Below the pieces are notes generated by a model. It saw nothing but the letters and a program-made list of their open reading frames with translations, ran no database searches and was not told the DNA's origin. The translations under genes were made by a program, and so were the position numbers. Positions 20,099-30,970 of a stretch of DNA of 64,000 bases are shown one piece after another. How positions within the stretch are numbered: the first letter of the stretch is position 1; every line of letters starts with the position of its first letter. The DNA lies in NCBI RefSeq assembly GCF_011386835.1, contig NC_088807.1:23746001-23810000 (forward strand), read 5' to 3'. The DNA is from Chrysemys picta bellii (Eukaryota).

Positions 20099-22330
20099 AT
20101 GGCTGAGCAAAGAGCATATGAGGGACTTGGCAAAAAAGCCCTGGAAAATTTGTGTTCAGAAAAGAGGATAAGCTTTAGAAAGAAAGCTACAAATCAGGAA
20201 CTGAGAAATCTGTTAATAGCCAGTGATCAGGGGGCAAGAGCACAGCCCTTACCTGAGGCTGCAGAAGAGGCAGAAAAAATTAGAATGCAAAGGGTGACAA
20301 GTCAACTGCAATTTGAGCATGAACAGAAGCTAGCAGATCTTCGATTGCTGGAGAAGCAAAAAATAGCAGAATTAGAAAGTGAGAGAGAGAAGGAGGCTGC
20401 TGAGAGAGAGAAAGAAGCCGATCAAAGAAAGAAGGAGGCTGATGAGAGAGAAGAGAGAGCTCGTAAGGGACGTCTAGAGCTGCTCGCTGCTGAGCAGGAG
20501 ACTCACAGGATGGAGCAGGAGACTCACAAGATGGAACAGGAGACGGCCAGACTTCAGCTCCAAGTACTGGAAGAGCGGAGAAAGTCATCCCCACCTGGTA
20601 CTCCACTTCCCCCACGCCATGAGAAAAACTGGGAAAGGATGTGTCCCATTTACAACGATACTGAGGATATAGAGGAGTTTTTGTCTACCTTTGAACGCCT
20701 CTGCAATCTGTACCAGATCCCTGAGGGTCAGCGAATGCCTGTCCTGCTGACCAGACTGACTGGAAAAGCCAGGGAGGTATTTAATGACTTGGGGGAACAA
20801 GAAGCCTTGGATTATGGGCAGTTTAAAGATTCTGTGTTAAGGCGATTCAAGGTTACTCCTGAATCTTACAGAGTTAAGTTTAGAGAGTTTAAAATGCCTA
20901 AGGATTGTACTTTTGTAGAATGTGCTCATAAGCTGATGGGTTTTGTTAAAAAGTGGGTTGTGGGAGCCAAGGCGCATGGGAGTTTTGAAAAACTGCTGGA
21001 TTTAATAACTTTGGAACAGTTCTTAGATATTGTGCCTGACCATGTGAGAGCAGCTGTGTGTGACAGGGACCCTGAGTCAGTCCTACGGGCAGCAGAGATT
21101 GCGGATGCCCATACCCAGAACAGGGCTCGAGAAGGGTGTAAAACCCCGGGGAAAACTAATCACCATTCTCCCCAGTTCAAGAGGAGGGAGGGATTTAAAA
21201 GTAAATCTGTCCCTGACTCTTCTAGAGGAGTTCAAGGGGGCCCGGAGGGTAGGAACTCTCATCCCAGGACGGAACAGATTACATGCTATCACTGTGGTAT
21301 GCTGGGCCACATGAGACCAGATTGCCCGACCCTGAAGGGCAGCCCAAAGCCAGCAACCCCAAATGCCACGATAAATGCCAACTCCATTACCCTGAGCACT
21401 CAGGCTGAACCAAGCCACAACAGCTCCACCTTAAGTTCAGGTGCAAGCACAGCAGTAGCTAATGTTAACCCCATCGTCTCCAGTGGCATGGGAGGAGGTG
21501 ATAAGCTCACCAGTTATGTCAGGACTGAGGCGTGGCAGGGGAGTGAGAGGTTTATCATGGAGGCAAAGGTCAATGATGTTGAATGCACGGGATGGCGAGA
21601 CACTGGCTCGGATGTAACTATAGTCAAGGGACATCTGGTGAAGCCGGAGGACATGCTGCCGGGGGAGTATGTGACGGTAGTGGCGTTATCCGAGTACTCT
21701 GTGGACCTGCCAATGGCTAGAATCCACCTGGAGTGGGATGGCTTTAAAGGGGACGTGAAGGCTGCTGTCCGGGATTTGATTCCGGCTGATGTGTTGGTAG
21801 GAAATAACATATTGGGGGTGCCTGGCCAAGTTAATGTAGTGACCAGGTCACAGAAAGAATTTGGGGCTGTGGCAGATACCCTGACTGATGGCAGTGAGGG
21901 GGGCAGCAAACAGACAGAGAGTGCCTCTCAAGATGGATCAGGTGAGGGTTTGTCTGAAATATCAGAGATGATTCTGAATCCGACCAAAACCCAGAGTGAA
22001 TTCATTGTGGCTCAGCAGAGTGATGTATCTCTAGAGAGGGCCAGGAATGATGCTCAGAGTCAGGTCCCAGCCTGTGAAGAGAGAGGCAGGTTTTTTATGC
22101 AGGATGGGCTGTTGTATAGGGAACCACCTAGGGGAAAGAAGCATTCCCAAGCAGCAGCTCGCAAACAGCTTGTGGTACCTGAGAGTTACCACAATGATTT
22201 GTTGAAGTTGGCTCATGATAGTCCCTTTGCAGGACATCTGGGTGTAGGCAAAACGTGTGACAGGCTAGAGCAGAATTTCTACTGGCCCCACCTTTTTGGG
22301 TCGGTGAGAGATTACTGCAGGAGCTGTTAG
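20099..22330 (+). CDS. Gag-protease-integrase N-terminus (743 aa), ended by an in-frame TAG
   Basis: SCAN-like segment (ITLEQFLDIVPDHVRAAVCDRDPES), CCHC CYHCGMLGHMRPDC, protease WRDTGSDVT, integrase Zn motif AHDSPFAGH…CRSC*LC. Confidence 0.9.
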   Translation: MAEQRAYEGLGKKALENLCSEKRISFRKKATNQELRNLLIASDQGARAQPLPEAAEEAEKIRMQRVTSQLQFEHEQKLADLRLLEKQKIAELESEREKEAAEREKEADQRKKEADEREERARKGRLELLAAEQETHRMEQETHKMEQETARLQLQVLEERRKSSPPGTPLPPRHEKNWERMCPIYNDTEDIEEFLSTFERLCNLYQIPEGQRMPVLLTRLTGKAREVFNDLGEQEALDYGQFKDSVLRRFKVTPESYRVKFREFKMPKDCTFVECAHKLMGFVKKWVVGAKAHGSFEKLLDLITLEQFLDIVPDHVRAAVCDRDPESVLRAAEIADAHTQNRAREGCKTPGKTNHHSPQFKRREGFKSKSVPDSSRGVQGGPEGRNSHPRTEQITCYHCGMLGHMRPDCPTLKGSPKPATPNATINANSITLSTQAEPSHNSSTLSSGASTAVANVNPIVSSGMGGGDKLTSYVRTEAWQGSERFIMEAKVNDVECTGWRDTGSDVTIVKGHLVKPEDMLPGEYVTVVALSEYSVDLPMARIHLEWDGFKGDVKAAVRDLIPADVLVGNNILGVPGQVNVVTRSQKEFGAVADTLTDGSEGGSKQTESASQDGSGEGLSEISEMILNPTKTQSEFIVAQQSDVSLERARNDAQSQVPACEERGRFFMQDGLLYREPPRGKKHSQAAARKQLVVPESYHNDLLKLAHDSPFAGHLGVGKTCDRLEQNFYWPHLFGSVRDYCRSC

Positions 22331-24754
22331 CTGTGCCAGAAGCGTAAGGGGTTAAGGGGGCCTAGCAAGGTGCCCCTCCAGCCTCTGCCCATTATTGGGG
22401 AAGCTTTTGCCAGAGTAGCTGTGGATATTGTGGGGCCACTCCCTAAACCTTCCAGAAATGGGAAGAAATACATCCTGGTGTTGGTAGATTTTGCTACCAG
22501 ATATCCGGAGGCTGTAGCCTTGGCTAATATCGAGGCAGAGACAGTGGCAGTGGCCTTGTTCTCTATTTTCAGCAGAGTGGGTTTTCCCAAGGAAATATTG
22601 TCTGACCGTGGGTCTAACTTTATGTCTGTGGTTTTCAAACAGTTGTGGGAGTTATGTGGGGTGAAGCACCTGAAAGCTGCTCCCTACCACCCCCAGACTA
22701 ATGGTCTAGTGGAGAGGTTCAATGGAACCCTGAAGTCTATGTTGAAAATGTACGTGGATAGACGCCAGAATGACTGGGATGTTATGCTGCCGTATCTATT
22801 GTATGCATACAGGAGTGTGCCCCAAGAGTCTACAGGGTTTGCTCCCTTTGAACTGCTCTATGGGAGGCAGGTCCGGGGGCCCCTAGATTTGGTTCGTGAC
22901 TCGTGGGAAGGTAATGTGGAGGAGGCAGAGCAGCCGGTGGCCGAGTATGTGGCTCAATTCAAGGAGAGTTTGCAGGAGATGATGAAGTTGGTTGAGCAGA
23001 ATCTGAAAGAGAGCCAGGATACGCAGAAAGCCTGGTATGACAGAGATGCTAAAGAGAGAGCGTTTGAAATAGGGGACATGGTGTTGGTGCTAGATCCTGT
23101 CAGGAAGAACAAAATGAAAGATGTTTGGTCTGGACCCATGGAGGTAGTGGAAAGGATTAATGAGGTTACCTATGATGTGAGGAAGCCCCAGGTACAGGGA
23201 AGTGTGCAGACAGTGCATGTGAACAGAATGAAGGCTTACCATGCAAGGGAGGTAAATGTGAACACAATCTGTTATGCTGAGGAAGAGGCAGGATCTGCCC
23301 CTTTAATTGACATGGTTGCTGAAAGCCAGGAGGAAACGCCGCTTGAGAGCATTGAGATGGGGGAGGATTTAACCCCCCCTCAAAGAAAGGAACTGCTGAG
23401 GCTGTTAAAACACCACAAACAAACATTCTCCAATAGGCCAGGGCTCACAGATAGGATGACACACTCCATTCAGACGGTGGGTCCCCGCCCAGCCCCTAGC
23501 AGAGCTTACAGGGCCAAGGGAGAGATGCAAAGACAGATCCAGGAAGAGGTGGAGAGCATGTTGACAATGGGAATAATCACCAGATCCCAGAGCCCCTGGG
23601 CCTCTCCCATTGTGATGGTGCCAAAAAAGGATAAGACCATGAGGTTTTGTGTGGATTACAGGAAGCTAAATGCTATCACCCAGCCTGACCCTTACCCCAC
23701 ACCCAGAATAGAGGATCTACTGGATACGCTGGGAGGGGCAAGGTTTATAAGCACCCTGGACCTGACTAAGGGGTACTGGCAAATACCCCTAGATGCCGAG
23801 GCACAAGGAAAATCCGCTTTCATAGTGGAATCGGGCCTATATGAGTTCAAAGTGCTGCCCTTTGGGATGCGAAATTCAGGGGCTACGTTCATGAGACTTA
23901 TAAATGAGGTCCTACGGGGATTAGAATCTTTTGCGAGGGCCTATATAGACGACCTGGCCGTATTCAGCAGTTCGTGGCAAGATCACCTGAACCACATAGG
24001 GATTGTGCTGCACCGGCTCAGGGAGGCCAATCTAACGGTTAAGGTTTCTAAATGCAGAATGGGAGCTGCTGAGGTGACCTACCTGGGGCACAGGGTGGGC
24101 AATGGGCAACTGCGCCCAGAGCCTGTAAAGGTAGAGGCCATTAAAAACTGGCCAACCCCTAGAACTAAAAAGCAGGTCCAATCCTTCATTGGTCTGGCCA
24201 ACTATTACAGGAGATTTGTGCAGGGATTCAGCGACATTGTTGCTCCCATCACAGACCTGACGAAAAAGGAAAAACCAGACCGGGTGCTATGGACGGAGGC
24301 CTGTGAGCAGGGTTTTCAAAGCATAAAGAGCGCTTTGGCCAAGGAGCCTGTTTTGGCCAGCCCAGATTTTGAAAAGCCCTTTTTATTATGTACAGACGCT
24401 TCCAATATTGGGCTGGGGGCAGTGCTAATGCAAGAGGGGGAAGGAGGGAAGAGACATCCCGTGGCATATCTAAGTAAGAAATTGTCCCCCACTGAGCAAA
24501 ATTACGCTACCATTGAAAAGGAATGTTATGCCATTGTCTGGGCTGTCAAGCAACTTAAGCCCTATTTGTACAATAAAAAATTCACTGTGTTGAGTGATCA
24601 TGCCCCTCTGGTCTGGCTGCACAGGGCCAAGGGCAACAACTCCAGGTTGCTGCGTTGGAGTTTAGCCCTTCAGGAGTATGAAATGGATATAGTCCACATA
24701 AGGGGAAAGGAAAATATTGTAGCTGATGCATTGTCCAGAGTGGAGAGCTCTTAG
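22331..24754 (+). CDS. Integrase core, reverse transcriptase and RNase H (same frame, after the TAG)
   Basis: DDE: VDIVGPL, LSDRGSNF, GLVERFNGT. RT: RFCVDYRKLN, LDLTKGYWQI, MPFG-like LPFGM, YIDD. RNase H: CTDAS, EKECYAI, SDHAPL, ADALSR. Confidence 0.9.
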   Translation: MCQKRKGLRGPSKVPLQPLPIIGEAFARVAVDIVGPLPKPSRNGKKYILVLVDFATRYPEAVALANIEAETVAVALFSIFSRVGFPKEILSDRGSNFMSVVFKQLWELCGVKHLKAAPYHPQTNGLVERFNGTLKSMLKMYVDRRQNDWDVMLPYLLYAYRSVPQESTGFAPFELLYGRQVRGPLDLVRDSWEGNVEEAEQPVAEYVAQFKESLQEMMKLVEQNLKESQDTQKAWYDRDAKERAFEIGDMVLVLDPVRKNKMKDVWSGPMEVVERINEVTYDVRKPQVQGSVQTVHVNRMKAYHAREVNVNTICYAEEEAGSAPLIDMVAESQEETPLESIEMGEDLTPPQRKELLRLLKHHKQTFSNRPGLTDRMTHSIQTVGPRPAPSRAYRAKGEMQRQIQEEVESMLTMGIITRSQSPWASPIVMVPKKDKTMRFCVDYRKLNAITQPDPYPTPRIEDLLDTLGGARFISTLDLTKGYWQIPLDAEAQGKSAFIVESGLYEFKVLPFGMRNSGATFMRLINEVLRGLESFARAYIDDLAVFSSSWQDHLNHIGIVLHRLREANLTVKVSKCRMGAAEVTYLGHRVGNGQLRPEPVKVEAIKNWPTPRTKKQVQSFIGLANYYRRFVQGFSDIVAPITDLTKKEKPDRVLWTEACEQGFQSIKSALAKEPVLASPDFEKPFLLCTDASNIGLGAVLMQEGEGGKRHPVAYLSKKLSPTEQNYATIEKECYAIVWAVKQLKPYLYNKKFTVLSDHAPLVWLHRAKGNNSRLLRWSLALQEYEMDIVHIRGKENIVADALSRVESS

Positions 24755-24809
24755 GATGCAGTCAGTGGTGTTTGTGACATCCCTTCCTGCATCAATTTTG
24801 CGTTGGGGG

Positions 24810-25047
24810 TGTGACGTTATTGATATACTCTGGGACCATATAGATCATTGTTGCAACCAAGGTCCTGTAGTGGCACCCAGATCTTGTGCGGTTAGCCAGG
24901 GGGTGAGACCGAAGTCCTCCTAGTCTGGCTGGTTTGGTTTGCCTTGGAGGTGGAAAAACCCCAGCCTTGGGCTGTAACTGCCCTGTTTGAGCAATTTGTC
25001 CTGAGTTGGCACTCTCAGTTGGGTTCCACCAGAACCGCATTGTCACA
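24810..25047 (+). repeat. 3' LTR of element 2 with an 811-bp internal deletion (238 bp)
   Basis: Equals 18932-19010 joined to 19822-19980, with no mismatches seen. Confidence 0.92.
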
Positions 25048-25063
25048 CCGGGTGAGTCGGTAT

Positions 25064-25200
25064 CCGCCCAAGAACAGGCTCCTCGCGGCACCACAGTTAT
25101 TTGGGCAGAAGCTTTCGTGGGCTACCGCCGATGAAGGGGCCGTAGCCCACGAAAGCTGATGCTCAAATACATGTGTTAGTCTCTAAGGTGCCGCAAGTAC
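25064..25200. mobile_element. Penelope-like terminal remnant (copy B)
   Basis: Inverted repeat 25110-25125 / 25142-25157, homologous to 4050-4180. Confidence 0.65.
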
Positions 25201-25406
25201 GGAGCCGGCTTTAGGCCGATTTCCCGGAATCGGGCCCCACGCCTCAGGCACCTTTTAAATTTTTTTTACGCACCCGGCGGTGGTCCGCTCGGGGTCTTCA
25301 ATGCCGCGGAAGACCCGGAGCCAAGTGAAGGACACTCTCCCCCCCCCCCCGCTGAAGTGTTGCCGAAGACCCGGACCGCCGCCGGGTATTCGAATCGGGC
25401 CCCGCA

Positions 25407-25528
25407 TAGGGTGACCAGATGTCCCAATTTTATAGGGACAGTCCTGATTTTGGGGTCTTTTTCTTATATAGGTTCCTATTACCCCCCCACCCCCATCCCG
25501 CTTTTTCACACTACGTCTGGGCACCCTA
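25407..25528. mobile_element. hAT-type MITE (copy B)
   Basis: Homologous to 4393-4514, with the same TIRs. Confidence 0.8.
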
Positions 25529-25659
25529 GCCCCGCCGGTCCTAAAGCCGGCCCTGCCCAAGTACCTCTGGTCTTGCTACGACGCCGTTTTCCCGCACGCA
25601 GGAATGCGATCTGGTAACCCCCATGCCTGCATTTTCCCCTCGCTTGTTTCCTTTTCCCA

Positions 25660-26497
25660 TGTAACAAGTGGTATGACTGGGTCTATGGGAGCCGGCCGTG
25701 CCCCAGTGAATTTAGAAGGGTTTTGTTAAAGGACGACGAGGTAATAACATGGAGACGTAGGGTGACCAGATGTCCTGATTTTATAGGGACAGTCCCGACG
25801 TTTGGGTTTTTTTCTTGTATAGGCTCCTATTACCCCGCATCCCCATCCCGACTTTTCACCCTACGTCTGCTCACCCTACCTAGATGTGATGAGAACAATG
25901 TGACGTGGACTAGACTGAGTGCGGGTGCGTGGCTGATGTTTGGATGGATAATAAAAGGTCGAGGCGCCGGCCTGAGAATCATAATAAACGACCCCACATC
26001 TGGAGGAAGAAAAACCACCACCCTCCGGCAGGGCCGTTTGGCCGCAGAATGGGCTGGGGGATAACCCCGAGGGCACCCCCGGAAACACCCCCCAACCGCC
26101 CCCGAGGCCGGGAGGGCCGGAGAACCCAACGACCAGCCGCGATGGATGTGATTGATTCTCACGTCAACCCCGAGACCGGCCTGAACAACCCCCCGAGACG
26201 TGTCCCAGGCCGGATCCCTATAAAGACAGACCCTAAAGGCTGTGGACTTCGGGGCTGGTTCTGCCACCAACTTCCAGGAGCCTCGGACGAGGCCCAGCTC
26301 CGTCCCCGTGTCCAGGCCGGTGCGCGAGCAACTCCTAGGCTGGGAACTAGAATAAGGACCCGGCCGAACGTGCGTGTGTGAATGTGTGAGCGAACGGGTG
26401 TTCACCGGCCGCTGGCTCTAAGTCTGTCTGTAGCCACAATAAACGCCGCGTGTGGCCGTAGCCCCGAGTAACATCCTACGGGGTTTTATTTTCAACA
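25660..26497 (+). mobile_element. Degenerate solo-LTR-like element with nested MITE at 25758-25878 (copy B)
   Basis: Homologous to 4646-5483. Confidence 0.45.
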
Positions 26498-28367
26498 ACC
26501 GGCCCCCCCGAGAAGGCGTCGCAGGGACGGGCTCCTCCCAGGGGCCGTAGGGGGCCGAGCAAACGCGGGGCCTGGGACACAGGGTGTAGCAGTCAGAGCA
26601 GGGGGGGCGGGGAGCCAGGACGCCTGGGTTCTCTCCCTGGCTCCGGGAGGGGAGTGGGGTCTAGTGGTTAGAGCGGGGGGGGCTGGGAGCCAGGACTCCT
26701 GGGTTCTCTCCCTGGCTCTGGGAGGGGAGTGGGGTCTAGTGGTTAGAGCAGGGGGGGCTGGGAGCCAGGACTCCTGGGTTCTCTCCCTGGCTCTGGGAGG
26801 GGAGTGGGGTCTAGTGGTTAGAGCAGGGGGGGCCGGGAGCCAGGACTCCTGGGTTCTCTCCCTGGCTCTGGGAGGGGAGTGGGGTCTAGTGGTTAGAGCA
26901 GGGGGGGGCGGGAGACAGGACTCCTGGTTCTATTTTCAGCTCAGCCGGTGGTGGCGGGGTGTTTGGACTCACCCCTTGCTGTGCCCCCTCCCCCCCCCAG
27001 TGTGGGCTGCCCCTCGCCCGGCTGAGGTTGCTTGTCCCCTTTGGGGGTGTCATGGGGGGGGTCTTGGCCGTGAACAGTCTGGGTTCCATTCGGGGGGTGC
27101 CAGGGGCTGTTTCCACACTGGCCCCGCCCTGTTGTTAACCCGTGGGACCCCCCGCTGCAGGACACGCCCCATCCAGAGTTGGGAGTGCAGGGGTGTGGGG
27201 CAGTTTGGGGGCCAATTACTCTCTCCCACACACATACCCCAGAGAAGTGTGTGTGTGGGGGGCAGTTAACAGGGCTGGATGGGTCCATGGGTGTGATTCT
27301 GCCCCGGGGTTGGGGGCAGCTACCAGATCAGGGAGCCCTTGAATATCCCTGTCCCTGCCACAAGGTGGCGTCAAACCCCAGGAAACCCCCCAGCTCCCCC
27401 CTCAACCCGGGGCACGAGTGGGGGCCAAACTACCCCCCCAGGGGAGCAGAGAGGGGTCAGTCAGGAGGTGTACCTCCCTCAACTGGGGGGGGGGGGCTGC
27501 GGGTCGGGAGTGAGGGGCACCTGCAGGGCTGGGGGGGCACTTTGATGGCTGGCCGTGGGACTCATGGGAATCGCGGGGCTCCCAGACTCCTGTGGGGTGG
27601 GTGCCCCACATGTGGATCCCGAGGGTCGTGTCCCCCCCGGGAAACAGGCCGTGACCCCAATGAACGACGCGGAGACTCTGGGTTTGTTTCCTTCGGGTCT
27701 TTTCCGGGTACAAGGAACCGTCAAGCGGGTCACGGGGGGGGGGGATGTCAGGGAATAATTTAATTCGGGGGGGGCGGAATTGGATCAGAACCGGGGGGAG
27801 GGGGGGTAATAAATATGGGAAGAAACAGCGAACAGCCACAAAAGGCAGAAACCCCCTGGAGGCCACAGTCCTCAGCCCCCGGGCTGACCCACGGAGCCCA
27901 CAGCCTCCAGCCCCACAGCTCAGTCTCCGAGCCTGGCCCCCAGCCCCGAGGGCTGACCCATGGCTCCCAGCCCCACTGCTCAGTCTCCGAGCCTGGCCCC
28001 CAGATCCTGGGCTGACCCACGGCGCCCACAGCCTCCAGCCCCACAGCTCAGTCTCCGAGCCTGGCCCCCAGCCCCGAGGGCTGACCCACGGCTCCCAGCC
28101 CCACTGCTCAGTCTCCGAGCCTGGCCCCCAGATCCTGGGCTGACCCACGGCGCCCACAGCCTCCAGCCCCACAGCTCAGCCTCTGAGCCTGGCCCCCAGG
28201 GCTGACCCACGGCCCCCAGCCCCACAGCTCAGTCTCCGAGCCTGACCCCCAGCCCCAGGCTGACCCACAGCGTCCATGTGCGTGCCAGTGTCTGAGTCGC
28301 TCGGGTTCCCAAGCAGAGCCCAGCGGGGCGGGGGCCGGGGGCTCCATCCCTCCAGCCCCCCCCCCGG

Positions 28368-28991
28368 CTACGTCCGCCCGGCGCGGCTCAGCAGGGTGCA
28401 GACGCAGGCCGTGTCGATGCGGATCCAGCGCCAGCCCACCAGCTTGTCGGCGTCGGCGGTCAGGGCCCGCACGTACGACTGCTTGGCCTTGCACTCGGAG
28501 AGCCAGTGGCGCCGGTCCACACCCCGGCACCCGCCCGCCGTCCCGCCCGCCGGGTTGCACTTGGTCTCGAAGAAATACTGCTTGAGCGGCCCGGTGAGCG
28601 TCTGCACCTCGGACAGCACCGACACCGCCTTGCCCCGGATGTCCACGGCCGTGCGCTTGTCCGTCACCCACAGGCTGACGCTGTCGCACACGGACATCTC
28701 GCCCCGGCGGGCCGCCTCCGGCCCCCCGGCCCGCCGCGCCCGTCGCGTCCCGTTGGCCGGCCCCGCCTGCACGCCCGGCTCCTCCTCCAGGAGCAGCAGC
28801 AGGGGGGGCCCGGCGGGGGCTCGGCTGGCCAGGGCCACGCGGGGGGACGACAGCTCCCAGTCGCCCGGGGAGGAGGGCAGCGCGGCCCAGGGGACCCCGG
28901 CGTCCGGGACGGCGGGGGAGGGGAGGCGGAGCGGCACGGCATGGAGGGCGCAAAGGAACGAGGTGACCATAGCCTGGAGCCGAAAGAGCAT
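28368..28991 (-). CDS. NTF4: Neurotrophin-4 precursor (207 aa), single coding exon, intact
   Basis: [18 protein letters not shown] signal peptide; furin site RRARR; mature NGF-family domain [21 protein letters not shown]…QYFFETKC…[24 protein letters not shown]…[14 protein letters not shown]. Acceptor at 29005-29004. Next to KCNA7, as in mammals. Confidence 0.96.
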   Translation of the reverse strand: MLFRLQAMVTSFLCALHAVPLRLPSPAVPDAGVPWAALPSSPGDWELSSPRVALASRAPAGPPLLLLLEEEPGVQAGPANGTRRARRAGGPEAARRGEMSVCDSVSLWVTDKRTAVDIRGKAVSVLSEVQTLTGPLKQYFFETKCNPAGGTAGGCRGVDRRHWLSECKAKQSYVRALTADADKLVGWRWIRIDTACVCTLLSRAGRT

Positions 28992-30970
28992 CACCACGGG
29001 GACCTGGGGGGAGAACGGGGCGGGGGGGTTAGAGCTGGCAGGTCCTGCCCCCCCCCCATTAAATCCCCACAGCACAGAGACAGAGACCGATCCGCAGGTC
29101 GGGAGTGAGGGGCATGGGCAGGGCTGCGGGGGGCAGGGCCGGGCTAGCAGGGGCTGTGGGTTGGGAGTGAGGGGCACCGGCAGAGCTGGGGGGACAGGGC
29201 TGGGCTGACAGTGGGCTGCGGGTCGGGAGTGAGGGGCACCGGCAGCGCGGGGGGGGGGGGGCAGGGGCTGTGGGTCGGGAGTGAGGGGCACCGGCAGCGC
29301 AGGGGGGGGGCAGGGGCTGCGGGTCGGGAGTGAGGGGCACCCTGGGTGTTACCTGCAGTGTCAGCGTCTCCTGCAGCGTGGGGGGGCCAGTTCCCCGCAG
29401 AGCCAGCCCTGGGCTCGATTCATGACCCTCCTGCAGCCGTGGCCCCTTCCTGCCCCCACCGGGCGCTGGGCGACTCCTACCAGGAGCAGGGTGTCTTCGG
29501 CGCGATCCCAGCCCAGAGCCCCGCACCCCTGGGGGGCTCCCGGCCCCGCTGCTCCATGGCTCCGCAGTGGGGAGGCTCAGGGGAAGCGCAGGGCTGGCGC
29601 CCCCTCCCTGGGAGGCGCGACGCTCATGCTGCAGGCGTCTGGTTGGGACTAGGGTGGGAGGTTTGGGTCACAGCAGCTGGGGAGGGGGGAGTCGCTCAAA
29701 AGACCTGAGGGGAAAGAGAAATACATCGATTAATGTTAACTGGGAAGAGAACCCAGGAGTCCTGGCTCCCAGCCCCGCCCGCTCCAACCACTACACCCCA
29801 CTCCCCCCCAGATATGCAGGTTTTAGGGAGGTTCTGAGTTCTGGAACATGGGGAGCCTAGAACCGCTCTCCTGAGCTGTCGGGTCAACGTGCTCTAGAAA
29901 AGGTGCCGACACGTGGGCGGGCCTAGAACTCGCCCCAGACACATTTGGCTCTAGAACGTGCCCCATGGCAAACACTGGGATCTAGATCGTGCCCAGCAAT
30001 GAAAGAACCCGCATCACGGCCTAGGGGGCGGGGGGTCGCGAATGGCGCCGAATTCCTCCGGTGCCGCATCGCACCAGGGTCTGGAGCAGCCAGCGAAAGG
30101 GCAGTGTGATCTAGAACATGATGCTGGCCACCGGTTCTAGAACCCACGGGATCCAGACCCTCGGTATTTAAAAAGCTGACGCCAGGGTCTGGAACTGGGA
30201 TCTAGAACGTGGCCAAACCCCTCCCCCCGCAACGTGACCCTCTAGAGCCAAGCACCGGCTATTGACACCTCCCGGTTCTCGAGCGCGGTGCCCCTGGGTT
30301 CTAGCTGCAGATTCCGGAACTGGCGGCTGGGGAGGGAGGCGGGGATGGGATCCAGATGCAGGAACATCTGGGAAGGGGAGGGGGGCGGCTAATGCGCTCG
30401 CCTTTGAAACCGAAACCTGAAACCCACCTGCCCTTCCCCCCCTGCCCCTCCCCCACAGAGAGCCTCCCACATCCCGGCACTGAACTGCCCGTTCTCATCA
30501 CCCTGGGGGGCGGCGGGCTGGGATTGAGTGTTCAGAGCGGCGGGGGGGGGGGCTAGGAGCCTGGATGCCTGGGTTCTCTCCCCGGCTCTGGGAGGGGAGT
30601 GTGGTCTGGTTGTTAGAGCAGGTTGGCTGGGAGCCAGGACTCCTGGGTTCTCTCCCTGGCTCTGGGAGGGGAGTGGGGGCTGGTGGTTAGAGCAGGGGGG
30701 CTGGGAGCCAGGACTCCTGGGTTCTCTCCCTGACTCTGTGAGGGGAGTGGGGGCTGGTGGTTAGAGCAGTGGGGGCTGGGAGCCAGGACTCCTGGGTTCT
30801 CTCCCTGACTCTGGGAGGGGAGTGGGGGCTGGTGGTTAGAGCGAGGGGGGGCTGGGAGCCGGACGCCTGGGTTCTCTCCCGGCTCTGGGAGGGGGGTGGG
30901 GCTAACAGAATATAACCAGTTTTTAGAGGGATCAGATTCTGACCCCGAGGCTATTTGCATAAAGTATTAC

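Larger units (their letters stand above)
18932..25047 (+). mobile_element. Gmr1-clade Ty3/Gypsy LTR retrotransposon, full-length internal region (Gag-PR-IN-RT-RH)
   Basis: tgtgac…gtcaca ends. TSD ccggg at 18927-18931 and 25048-25052; the empty site tagccgggtgagt is present in copy A at ~4025. 5' LTR 18932-19980. PBS tggcgtagtcg at 19982-19992, matching the tRNA-Ser 3' end. 3' LTR 24810-25047. Integrase precedes RT. Confidence 0.95.
11227..28767. repeat. Duplicated segment, copy B (paired with 1-7730), carrying two LTR insertions
   Basis: Colinear with 1-7730 once 14200-18306 and 18932-25047 and one TSD copy each are removed. Confidence 0.95.

Noticed and set aside
22328-22330. Programmed stop-codon readthrough between gag and pol
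   Set aside because: The TAG falls inside the integrase CxxC motif, not at a Gag/Pol boundary, and lacks a CARYYA-type context. A nonsense mutation is simpler.
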